Counted from the first letter of the stretch, positions 6,773-15,529 are shown. The stretch is 19,682 bases of DNA from Promethearchaeota archaeon (GCA_048941265.1 JBHLNT010000070.1:1-19682), one strand, 5' to 3'. Notes: generated by a model from the sequence alone, not told the origin. Made by a program: numbers and translations.

Positions 6773-8965
6773 ATGGCAAATAGTAATATGATTAATAGTG
6801 CTGATAAATGGAACTTAAATCAAACCTATGATAAAATAAAAGATATGACTAATTTGGGAAAATATGCTGAATCCATAAAGTTAGCTAAAAAAGGATTATC
6901 TATGGCCTGTCAAACAAATAATAAATCATGGGTCGAAAAGTTTGATGACATCTTAATGGATGTAATTAACCAACACAATCAAGTCAAATCTCCAGAACCA
7001 CAATCAAATGCAAAAGTAATTTTTAATGTAAAAGTTCATAATAAACCTACAGGATCGGAAAAAGCCTTAACAAAAATTAAGGGGATTGGAGCATCTGTTG
7101 AAAAAAAGTTAAATAAAGCGGGGATTGAAACTATAAATCAATTAGCAAGCTCAAGAACTAAAGAAATCGCTAAAATAAAAGGAATTGGTTTAAATACAGC
7201 AATGAGATTGATTTCAGAAGCCCATAATTACTTAAATGAATTAAATTCAGAAAAAAATTCTAAACTTCCAATTAAAGAGAAATTTCAAGAGGAAAAAGTT
7301 GATGATATTTATTACAGAAAAAATAAACAAGAAGATAAAGGACTTGTAAAATTTCTTGCTGAAAAGAAAACAAAGGATCCCAGCCTTGAAAATAAACTTA
7401 CCATAGATTCTCTTAATAATTCTAATTTTAATTATGAAGATAATCAATCTATAATACTTGAGCCGAAAATCAATGAAGAGCAAGAGGAAATAGACCAAAT
7501 AATAGAGAATAATAAAGATAGTCATAGTTTTGATGATGATGGTACCTCATTTACCACTGAGAATCTTTATCATGAGCATTTAGATGAAGATAATGAGTTT
7601 GATTTAGATTATTTTGATTTTGAAAATGAATCGGCCAATTCCACAAAAGATTATAATGAAAGTGGTGGTAAAGAGGACTTTTTAGGTCAATTAGATTATG
7701 AAAAGTTTAACAAAGAAAGTGTGATTGAGCATTCGACTGATTTAAATTACATAATTAAAAATGAGCATGAAATAGAGAAATTAGAAAAAATAGTTATTCA
7801 GAAAAATGTAAAAAATATTGAAAATCACTTAAGATCATTAAATTACCGAATTATACCAAAAAATTCAACCCTACTTAATGAGCTATCAAAAACAATTGAT
7901 ATCTTAGCTTTTAAAACGCTTGAAATTAATAAAAAAGTATCGTTAATTCTGGTGTTTCCAGTAAAATTCTGTGATTTGAAAGGAAATTTAATTATTTCGG
8001 ATAAATCTATAGATTATAATCAATATAATCAAAATCTTAAATTAAATGAGGGAATTAAACATTTAATTATCGGTGATTTTGTAAAAGAATTGAAATATGA
8101 TCAGGATAATCTGTTTCAATCTATAATCTACGAAGGAAAGTTATTTCATTATTTTAAAAAATCGATAAACAAGAGAATTAGAGTAGAAAAAACAAAGAAA
8201 AATTTGCGGTTATTTATTCGATCCGGTAATATGATATTTAAAGTTGTTGTAGATCCTCTTCTAATCTGCCAACAAGATCCCGCATTTCTTGAAAAGTCGG
8301 TTATATTCCCTTATCAGAAAAAATCGAATTTACATATAATAAAAATAAATACTCTTACCGATCTGATTCACTTTCTTGAAAAAAAATATATGTTAATCGA
8401 AACTCATACTGAGGAAAGAAACCCCATTGTTTCGTATTTTAAAGCATTAGAAAAATTTAGATTTACAATCAGGAATTATTCTATCCCTTTTCTCTTTTTT
8501 GGTGCGGTGTTCTGCTTAATAATTCTATTACAAAATCTATTTTTAATACCCATGTTTACTAATTTAGGTTATGCCGCTATAGGGATTTATGCTATCATGC
8601 TGGGGTATTCTTATCTTCGTTTCTCTAAAACTCAGAAAGCTATAGTCGAGAATTATAAAATCCCATATTACCAAAATAAAATCAATCTGGATGAGACGGA
8701 TTTAACCATCATTAAAGATGATCTTCCACCAGAATTATTGAATCAATTTATTTATGAATGTTTAGGCAAAAACACAGATTATTCATTCACAGCAGAGATT
8801 GAAGAACGAAAAGCAGACATTCTTATTTCTGATTTTAAGCGTAATAAAGAAATTGAATCATCAGATATTCCAGCAGATATCAAAATTAATAAGATAAAAA
8901 ATTTTGAAAGCAATAAAATTAGAGGTAAAATAATTTCGAAATATAGCTCTTTCTTGGAGGATTAA
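6773..8965 (+). CDS. Membrane-anchored tandem helix-hairpin-helix protein with an acidic linker and a degenerate PD-(D/E)xK-like domain
   Basis: 730 aa. Two HhH motifs (LTKIKGIGASVEKKL and IAKIKGIGLNTAMRL, 7067-7224); D/E/N-rich low-complexity linker; ENHLRSLNYRI...IDILAFK...LVFPVK; TM hairpin at about 8477-8623; no signal peptide. Confidence 0.85.
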   Translation: MANSNMINSADKWNLNQTYDKIKDMTNLGKYAESIKLAKKGLSMACQTNNKSWVEKFDDILMDVINQHNQVKSPEPQSNAKVIFNVKVHNKPTGSEKALTKIKGIGASVEKKLNKAGIETINQLASSRTKEIAKIKGIGLNTAMRLISEAHNYLNELNSEKNSKLPIKEKFQEEKVDDIYYRKNKQEDKGLVKFLAEKKTKDPSLENKLTIDSLNNSNFNYEDNQSIILEPKINEEQEEIDQIIENNKDSHSFDDDGTSFTTENLYHEHLDEDNEFDLDYFDFENESANSTKDYNESGGKEDFLGQLDYEKFNKESVIEHSTDLNYIIKNEHEIEKLEKIVIQKNVKNIENHLRSLNYRIIPKNSTLLNELSKTIDILAFKTLEINKKVSLILVFPVKFCDLKGNLIISDKSIDYNQYNQNLKLNEGIKHLIIGDFVKELKYDQDNLFQSIIYEGKLFHYFKKSINKRIRVEKTKKNLRLFIRSGNMIFKVVVDPLLICQQDPAFLEKSVIFPYQKKSNLHIIKINTLTDLIHFLEKKYMLIETHTEERNPIVSYFKALEKFRFTIRNYSIPFLFFGAVFCLIILLQNLFLIPMFTNLGYAAIGIYAIMLGYSYLRFSKTQKAIVENYKIPYYQNKINLDETDLTIIKDDLPPELLNQFIYECLGKNTDYSFTAEIEERKADILISDFKRNKEIESSDIPADIKINKIKNFESNKIRGKIISKYSSFLED

Positions 8966-8968
8966 GAT

Positions 8969-9715
8969 ATGAGTTCAAATATTAAAAAGAAGTTTAAACT
9001 TTTATTTATATTAGGGCTTATATTATTATTTGCATCATTATTTTTAGAGTGGTATGTACTTCAAGTGTATAACTCGAGTCATACATTAATTGCCTATTGG
9101 AGTTATAATCCCTTGACTGGATGGTCAACAATATTTTCTGAAGGCTCAACTTTCAATAATATTGTTAAACCTGAGGAGATTCAAATGCCCTTAGTCTTAA
9201 CAGGATTATTTATGGTAGTTTTAGTTATTTCTGCGTTTTCTGCTATTTTTAAAGACTTAGAAAGTCAAGGTGATTTAGAAAAGTTGTATCCTTATGCTTA
9301 TGTTAATTTGTTTTTAATTGCATTAAACCTATATTACATCTTTGCATTTCCAGTCTTTTATTTATTACCCCACAAATTATACTTTCCATTTTTGTTGGTT
9401 AAAGATCGAGAAATGGACGTGGTTTATCATTATAGTATAGGGGCTGGTTATATTTTGCAAATTATTGGATTTATCATGATTTTTCCATATTGTACTTTTT
9501 ACTACAATACTATTGTTAGATTTATATCAAAGGAACAATCACCTGATAAAATTATAAAAAGGTATGTACAATATATTCAAGAAAACCTCGATTTAGATAA
9601 ACTAATTGCCAATGAAGAGTTAAAACTGAAATTTGTGGACAAACCTTTAGATATAAAAGAAGATTTTGAATTTAATTACAAGAAGGCTCATAAAAAGAGG
9701 GGGGTTAAACCTTGA
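8969..9715 (+). CDS. Four-TM membrane protein with claudin-like topology
   Basis: 248 aa. TM1 ends in LFLEWY, followed by a beta-rich loop with an NSS sequon, TM2, TM3, YSIGAGYIL leading into TM4, and a charged tail. GGAGG lies upstream and the start is 3 nt after the previous stop. Confidence 0.8.
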   Translation: MSSNIKKKFKLLFILGLILLFASLFLEWYVLQVYNSSHTLIAYWSYNPLTGWSTIFSEGSTFNNIVKPEEIQMPLVLTGLFMVVLVISAFSAIFKDLESQGDLEKLYPYAYVNLFLIALNLYYIFAFPVFYLLPHKLYFPFLLVKDREMDVVYHYSIGAGYILQIIGFIMIFPYCTFYYNTIVRFISKEQSPDKIIKRYVQYIQENLDLDKLIANEELKLKFVDKPLDIKEDFEFNYKKAHKKRGVKP

Positions 9716-10578
9716 ACGATATTGTGAGAGATGCAAAATTAAAAGCTTTAATTAAACTATGTAAGGAAACAAAAAATTATAAAAAACTGGCAGTTGTAGT
9801 ATTTATTCTTACGAGCAACATTTTAGACGAAATAGGAATCAAATTGGGAATAAGATCCAGAGACAAGGGCTCTGAAGAAACACAGTATCGCTATATGAAA
9901 TTAATTAATTCTATATTAAAAAAAAATCTCAAAATAACTCTTTTTAGAGACGAAATCCTTGATACCATAAAACTTATTGAAAGGGAATTCCTTAAAAGAA
10001 AAGGAGAGATTCCACTTGATTATATCACCGAAATATTTAAAATCTACTATGAAATAAGAAAAATTGATGTTCCTAATTTACATAAACAATGGGAAAGTAA
10101 CATACTTGCTGACGATAGCGAGATAAGTTTATTTTCTTTTTTATCACCTTTTAAGAGGCGAAAATTAAATACTAGTGAGAATAAACTTAAACCTTTATTA
10201 CTTCACAGGTTAAGAACGAAAGAGCAATCCATTCAAAAAGAATTGAATTCCTCATATGATAAGAACTTGTTCGAAAGCGCTATATATCTAAAGAAAGCAG
10301 AAAATTCTTTGAAAAAAGAAGAAAATGGAAAGATCATATTAAACGGGCAGTTAAAGGATAATATTATATATCAAAGATCATTAGAGTCTATTCTTGGATA
10401 TAGTTTTATTGGCGTTTTTATTTTATTTTTCCTATTGGGATTAATAGTTATTCTTGAGGCAATGTTTTACCCATCATTAACAGCGACAATGAGTTCCTTG
10501 CTTTTAATCACATTTGGTGTGAGTATGTTATTTTTTCTATTATATTGGAAATATTTTAGAAATGAGGAGAATTATTAA
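9712..10578 (+). CDS. Hypothetical protein with a basic helical N-terminal domain and a C-terminal TM hairpin
   Basis: 288 aa. The TTG start overlaps the upstream TGA (TTGA) and has GAGGGGG upstream. Two C-terminal TM helices (ILGYSFIG...AMFY and LTATMS...LLYW). Confidence 0.8.
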   Translation: MNDIVRDAKLKALIKLCKETKNYKKLAVVVFILTSNILDEIGIKLGIRSRDKGSEETQYRYMKLINSILKKNLKITLFRDEILDTIKLIEREFLKRKGEIPLDYITEIFKIYYEIRKIDVPNLHKQWESNILADDSEISLFSFLSPFKRRKLNTSENKLKPLLLHRLRTKEQSIQKELNSSYDKNLFESAIYLKKAENSLKKEENGKIILNGQLKDNIIYQRSLESILGYSFIGVFILFFLLGLIVILEAMFYPSLTATMSSLLLITFGVSMLFFLLYWKYFRNEENY

Positions 10579-13500
10579 TGAGCTTTTCATTATTTGATGA
10601 ATTAAATGAAAATAAAAAGAATCAAAAAAGAAACTTCAAGAGTAGACACGTTGAAACTCTCGAAAATTATCTTAATATATGGAATATCAATCCAAATTAT
10701 AAAGATATAAATAGTGGATTTTTAAATGCGAAATTTTTATCATTACTTGCGTTAATAACGTTTTTTATAGTAGGTACGTATCTTATTTGTTTTAATTTCA
10801 TTATTAGTTTAATAATAGGGTTATTTACCTTTACTTTTTTTATAGTAGCATTTGAAAGTAATATGCTAAATTTCAATAAACTTGATAATCACTCAAATGG
10901 AAAACTAGAAAGACTTGATCCCTTCAAGGATTTAATTTTTTTTTTCTCTGAAGAGAATGCAAATATTATATTTTTTACCAATAAAAAAGACATGATTACT
11001 GTAGGGATAAGTATTTTCAATGTTAAAATTATTCCTGAGAATATTCACCCTTCCTTGAATCAGTTTATTAAATCTTTGAACGAGCTTCAAGTGCCTTTTT
11101 CATACCAAATCTTTCAAACACCCTTGGATATTTCTCCTAAGAATTATCAGGAAGATCTAAAACATCATCAAAAAACTGATCTCATAAATTCTTATAATAC
11201 CTCCGTTCACTTTTGTACTTTTTATGATGTGAGAGGCATTTTGAGTAATAAAAAGTTACTAGGACTTACAGAAAAACTAACCGAATATATAGAAATTATG
11301 AGATCAAATTTTAGCGCAAATTTCCCTCATTTTAATCTCAAATTATTATCAGGAAACGAACTAATCTCCGCATTAAGAGCAGTTGTCACTAAAAATAACT
11401 CTGTTAATGTTTCTGAAAATAATAATGAGTTTATGATAAAAAGAATTAAATTCCATGAAATTGTTAAACTTCTGTTTTGCATTTTTATTTTAATTTACTC
11501 TATGTATTTAACACTCTCATTAAATTTTTTATTTATTTTTACTGTTCTTTTAGGATTAATATTGGTGGCAAATATATTTTGGATTTGGTGGCGTGAACCA
11601 TTATCAAATTTATCTTTAAGTAATATAAAGACCAACAATAATCTTATTATTGTCAATCCTTTTAAGGATATAAATTTCTATAGAATAAAGGGTCTTTCTG
11701 AAAGTTTATTTCTACATGTGAATAGTCTGCTTATAAATTTAAAAATGGTGAATCTTAAATATGCCACTCCTGTTTATCATTCTAAACTTCCAATATGTTA
11801 TCCAGGTAAGTTTTATCGAGCTTTAATAAGAGAAAAAATCACATTTGGTTATAATATAATTACTGCTCCAATGAGTTTTTATAGCTTTGATAAAGAATGC
11901 TATAAATTCTTAAATGAGAAGTCCAAACGAGCCTTGACTTACTCTTCCCGTAATTCAAAAAGTGATTTAGAAGGCAAGAATTGGTTAGATATGCGAGCAG
12001 GAATATGGAGATTGATTATGACAATCTCTATTTTTAATTATAAATATACAGAAATCCTCAACTTAGAAGAAATTTTGAGCATGGAACAAGAACTAAATCA
12101 AAAGCTTAAACTATTAATTAATTCTTTTACGATGAACTACCACCGTTTTGAACTCGTTCCCCTTAAGAATAAAGTGCTAATTTCGGGCTTCCTCTGTGAA
12201 ACCTTAAAAAATAAATTTATTTATCTCTCCGGAACTCATTTAAAGTATATAATGTTCCAGGGTAAAGCGCTAATTTACCTAATACAAATTGCAGATGAAT
12301 TTAAAAAAGGAGTTGAATCAAAAATTGCCGCTGAATTTAACACTCCTTTACAATTGGAAAATTTTATCACATTTGGTGATACGATAAATACAGAATTTTT
12401 AGAACAAGAAGTACCTGCAGGATTTCTAGAAGACCAAATTCACAATCTACTCATAGTTAATGGAAAAGCTAAAAACAGGGAAGATTTAGCGATGAAATTA
12501 GTCATCGAATTAATAAAGGCCCAATTACCTTCACTTATCTTCGATTTCTCTGGACAATGGTCAAAAATAATTAAATATTTTTTAGATACTCGCCAAGCTC
12601 CTGACTTTCTTCACTTTAAATTGGGAAGAGTATTTAATATAGATCCTATTCGATCTGATATCTCTTATGATACAAATAACACTGATTACTTAGATTATAT
12701 ATTTGATTCTTATGCGATGGTATTTAAAAAAGACGAAAAGACAATGGATCTGTTTAAGAATACAATCCTCAGGAATCCTGATTTAGATATCGCAAGTTTA
12801 AATCTTGAATTGAAAAACCAACAGAGTTGGGAGAAAACTCCGATTTCTGATACGATTATAGCGTTATTTGATGAGTTTACTCAAGGAGATTTTCGGTTCT
12901 TTAACACTAACCTTACGGAACACGAGTATAATATTACATTTAAAGATTTTATTTCAGATGATCGGACGGTTATCCTTGATCTTTCCATAATTAATGATTA
13001 TAGAAAACAAATCTTCATAACATTTATCATTTTGTCGAAAATCATTCATTATATCCGAAACTTTGATGATTTTTATAAAAAACTAATTGTAATTCCTCGC
13101 ATTGATATAATTTTTGAAACAATTTACTTAGAGAAGACAATGAATTATGGAAGAATAGATAAATTCTTGGATCCCCTTAGACGAGAAGGTTTTGGATTAA
13201 TATGTTTAGCAAATCAAATCCATTATTTACATCCAAATGTATTTAACTATTTTCAGAATATTGTATCATTTAGGGCCAATTATGGCGGAGATATTAAGGT
13301 GTTGAAAAATATAATGAATTTGCAGGAACTTCATGGTACTGGATATTATACGTCTAGTAGAAATAATACATATCAAATTGATTATTTAATGAATATGAAA
13401 GAAAATGATGTATTAATTAAACGATCCGACCTATATCAACCATTTCCGGCAATAATTGATGATGGAATGATACAGGAACTAAATCCTATGAGCCATAACG

Positions 13501-14405
13501 AAATAATTGCATATATGAAAGGGCAAGGATATGATTTACAACTTTCTGAAAAAAAAATTTTAGAACAAACAAAAAAAACAATTTTCGAAAAAGATTTAGG
13601 GAAATATGCTATATTTTTAGAAGAAATTATTAATTTCCTTAGAAATCTTAAGGCAGTTGATAAAATCGGGAACTTGTATAAAAGTAAAATAAAAGAAGAA
13701 TTAATGAAATTTGTTTATTCCAAAGGTATCAAAATAACTAATGATAAACGAAAACTCAAGCAATTACGAGATGAGTTATTCGAAATTCTTATAAAATTTG
13801 AATATTTGGTGGAAGATCATCCTAAAACGGCGGGGGGGTCTGAAGCAATAAGAGCGTCTTATTCTGTTGGCAATAAATACGAAAATGCCTTAAATGACTA
13901 TTATCAAATAAAAAAAAACTCATTGACAGATGTATCTATTAATGTAATTGAAAAAAATTCAGATAAAAATGTGGAAGTGAAAGGACTTTTTAAAGAAATA
14001 CCAAACATTTCTGAGAATGAACTTAACAATTTCAAAGAAATTTTAGCAAAGAAGATAAGTGATTTGTATTTTGACTTATTTCAAATTCATAAATTCATAA
14101 ATAAAAATGAATTTGAGTTAGCACTAAAAATTGAAAAAGATTTTGTAAAAAAATTCCTGATTAATCTATATAAAGAATTTTATCAGGTAAATTATATCAT
14201 AACTGAGAAGGATTTAGAAAGATTTTCAGAATTCCTTTCAAAAAACAAATATTTTCCTTATTCAAAAACACAAATACTTAACATATTGTCACAATGCAAT
14301 TTATTAGATGTGGAACATGAAAATATGTATCTCCAGGTAAAAGAAAACTACAAATTACTTTCTGAATTTTTTAACCAGATTCAATTAAAAATTAGCGAGA
14401 GTTAA
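10578..14405 (+). CDS. Large membrane-bound HerA/VirB4/FtsK-superfamily protein with degenerate Walker motifs (probable pseudo-ATPase)
   Basis: 1275 aa. TAATG overlap with GAGGAG upstream. Superfamily motifs appear in order: FITFG, HNLLIVNG (pre-Walker A strand), LIFDFSGQW (HerA hhhDxxGE[YW]), FNIDP, RTVILDLS, KLIVIPRID (Walker B position), LRREGFGLICLANQ (R-finger and Q sensor), NIVSFR. Two N-terminal TM hairpins. Confidence 0.8.
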   Translation: MSFSLFDELNENKKNQKRNFKSRHVETLENYLNIWNINPNYKDINSGFLNAKFLSLLALITFFIVGTYLICFNFIISLIIGLFTFTFFIVAFESNMLNFNKLDNHSNGKLERLDPFKDLIFFFSEENANIIFFTNKKDMITVGISIFNVKIIPENIHPSLNQFIKSLNELQVPFSYQIFQTPLDISPKNYQEDLKHHQKTDLINSYNTSVHFCTFYDVRGILSNKKLLGLTEKLTEYIEIMRSNFSANFPHFNLKLLSGNELISALRAVVTKNNSVNVSENNNEFMIKRIKFHEIVKLLFCIFILIYSMYLTLSLNFLFIFTVLLGLILVANIFWIWWREPLSNLSLSNIKTNNNLIIVNPFKDINFYRIKGLSESLFLHVNSLLINLKMVNLKYATPVYHSKLPICYPGKFYRALIREKITFGYNIITAPMSFYSFDKECYKFLNEKSKRALTYSSRNSKSDLEGKNWLDMRAGIWRLIMTISIFNYKYTEILNLEEILSMEQELNQKLKLLINSFTMNYHRFELVPLKNKVLISGFLCETLKNKFIYLSGTHLKYIMFQGKALIYLIQIADEFKKGVESKIAAEFNTPLQLENFITFGDTINTEFLEQEVPAGFLEDQIHNLLIVNGKAKNREDLAMKLVIELIKAQLPSLIFDFSGQWSKIIKYFLDTRQAPDFLHFKLGRVFNIDPIRSDISYDTNNTDYLDYIFDSYAMVFKKDEKTMDLFKNTILRNPDLDIASLNLELKNQQSWEKTPISDTIIALFDEFTQGDFRFFNTNLTEHEYNITFKDFISDDRTVILDLSIINDYRKQIFITFIILSKIIHYIRNFDDFYKKLIVIPRIDIIFETIYLEKTMNYGRIDKFLDPLRREGFGLICLANQIHYLHPNVFNYFQNIVSFRANYGGDIKVLKNIMNLQELHGTGYYTSSRNNTYQIDYLMNMKENDVLIKRSDLYQPFPAIIDDGMIQELNPMSHNEIIAYMKGQGYDLQLSEKKILEQTKKTIFEKDLGKYAIFLEEIINFLRNLKAVDKIGNLYKSKIKEELMKFVYSKGIKITNDKRKLKQLRDELFEILIKFEYLVEDHPKTAGGSEAIRASYSVGNKYENALNDYYQIKKNSLTDVSINVIEKNSDKNVEVKGLFKEIPNISENELNNFKEILAKKISDLYFDLFQIHKFINKNEFELALKIEKDFVKKFLINLYKEFYQVNYIITEKDLERFSEFLSKNKYFPYSKTQILNILSQCNLLDVEHENMYLQVKENYKLLSEFFNQIQLKISES

Positions 14406-14453
14406 AGAAAAACTAGATTATATGCATTTATCATAAATAGTTCATTTTCAAAT

Positions 14454-15284
14454 ATGATGCCTCTTATCAAATTGGATAATGATATTAAAATCAATTATCA
14501 ATTAGAAGGGAATGGAGCGGGAGGTCTGATTTTACTTATTCATGGCTATGGTTCTTGGATGTATGGTTATGATGAAATTTTTTCATTACTTACTAAAAAG
14601 TTTTTAGTTCTAAGATCGGATTTAAGAGGCCATGGTGATTCTGATAAACCGGTATTTGAAGATGATTATGAAGCAACCAAGAAATTATATACAATAGAAA
14701 AATTTGCTGAAGATAATTATTTATTACTAAAAGATTTAGGATTATTGGATAAATATCCTAAGATTTCTGTTTACGGGCATAGTATGGGTGGGATGATATC
14801 CCAAGTCTTTGTCTTAAAATATCCTGATATAATCCATAAATTAATATTAGGTAGCACTTCCTATACTATGTATTCGGAGGGAATGATAAAGGTTTTAGAG
14901 GATTATAAAAGCGGGAATCTGGGAAATTTGCGCGACAGTTTTGTTTTAACAGCACGTAGCGCTTATACATTTAGATTTAAAAAAGAACATCCAGATTATT
15001 TAGAAAAGGAAGTTGAAGGGAAAATGAAGTGTCCACCCCAAGTAATTTTTGCTGCGTTGGAAAATGTTATTTATAATTTTAATGTAAAAGAACAATTGAA
15101 AAATTTAGAAATTCCGACTTTAATCCTCACTGGTGATAAAGATAGCCTTATACCTCCTGCGCGGAGTTATGAATTGAATGAGCTTATTGCAAATTCCAAG
15201 TTCGTCGTTTTTAAAAAGCAAAATCACAATATAAATGCTGAGATTCCCGAAAAAGTGGTAGATGAAATTATTAACTTTATTTAG
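14454..15284 (+). CDS. Alpha/beta fold hydrolase (PcaD/MenH-like)
   Basis: LIHGYG oxyanion loop, DLRGHGDSD, GHSMGG nucleophile elbow, TGDKD acid and QNH His. Confidence 0.92.
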   Translation: MMPLIKLDNDIKINYQLEGNGAGGLILLIHGYGSWMYGYDEIFSLLTKKFLVLRSDLRGHGDSDKPVFEDDYEATKKLYTIEKFAEDNYLLLKDLGLLDKYPKISVYGHSMGGMISQVFVLKYPDIIHKLILGSTSYTMYSEGMIKVLEDYKSGNLGNLRDSFVLTARSAYTFRFKKEHPDYLEKEVEGKMKCPPQVIFAALENVIYNFNVKEQLKNLEIPTLILTGDKDSLIPPARSYELNELIANSKFVVFKKQNHNINAEIPEKVVDEIINFI

Positions 15285-15337
15285 CGAACTTTTAATAGAA
15301 TTTTTATATCTCTATTATTAGCTATTAAAAATTATTC

Positions 15338-15529
15338 TTAAATGATATTATTTATTCTAAAGATAAGATCATGGATATCGGGATCGTATTCGGGGAACCC
15401 AAAAAGCAGATTTAAGATCCTAGCTGCTAAGCTTTCTTTTTTTGAATCTGTTTGTTCATCTTTTTTAATAGCCTCTTCGTCTTTTTCTGATTTTTTTTCT
15501 TCCTTTTTAGGTAAGGGTACTTCCATCAT
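15338..15529 (-). CDS. Small hypothetical protein (63 aa)
   Basis: ATG start. K/E/D-rich N-terminal half and a protein-like C-terminal half (LAARILNLLFGFPEYDPDIHDLIFRINNII). Fills the gap between the hydrolase and MFS genes. Confidence 0.6.
   Translation of the reverse strand: MMEVPLPKKEEKKSEKDEEAIKKDEQTDSKKESLAARILNLLFGFPEYDPDIHDLIFRINNII

Noticed and set aside
6773-8965. Calling the HhH protein ComEA or RadA
   Set aside because: No N-terminal export signal (ComEA HhH motifs are extracytoplasmic and C-terminal) and no RecA-type ATPase domain.
8969-14405. Assigning cedA/cedB, virB4, herA or ftsK gene symbols
   Set aside because: Only superfamily-level motifs are visible, the Walker motifs are degenerate, the architecture differs and there is no nurA/mre11/rad50 context. 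Orthology cannot be claimed without searches.
2400-14450. Integrated conjugative element or provirus explanation for the cluster
   Set aside because: No integrase, relaxase, replication or capsid gene, tRNA target or flanking direct repeats were seen. It cannot be fully excluded from one window.
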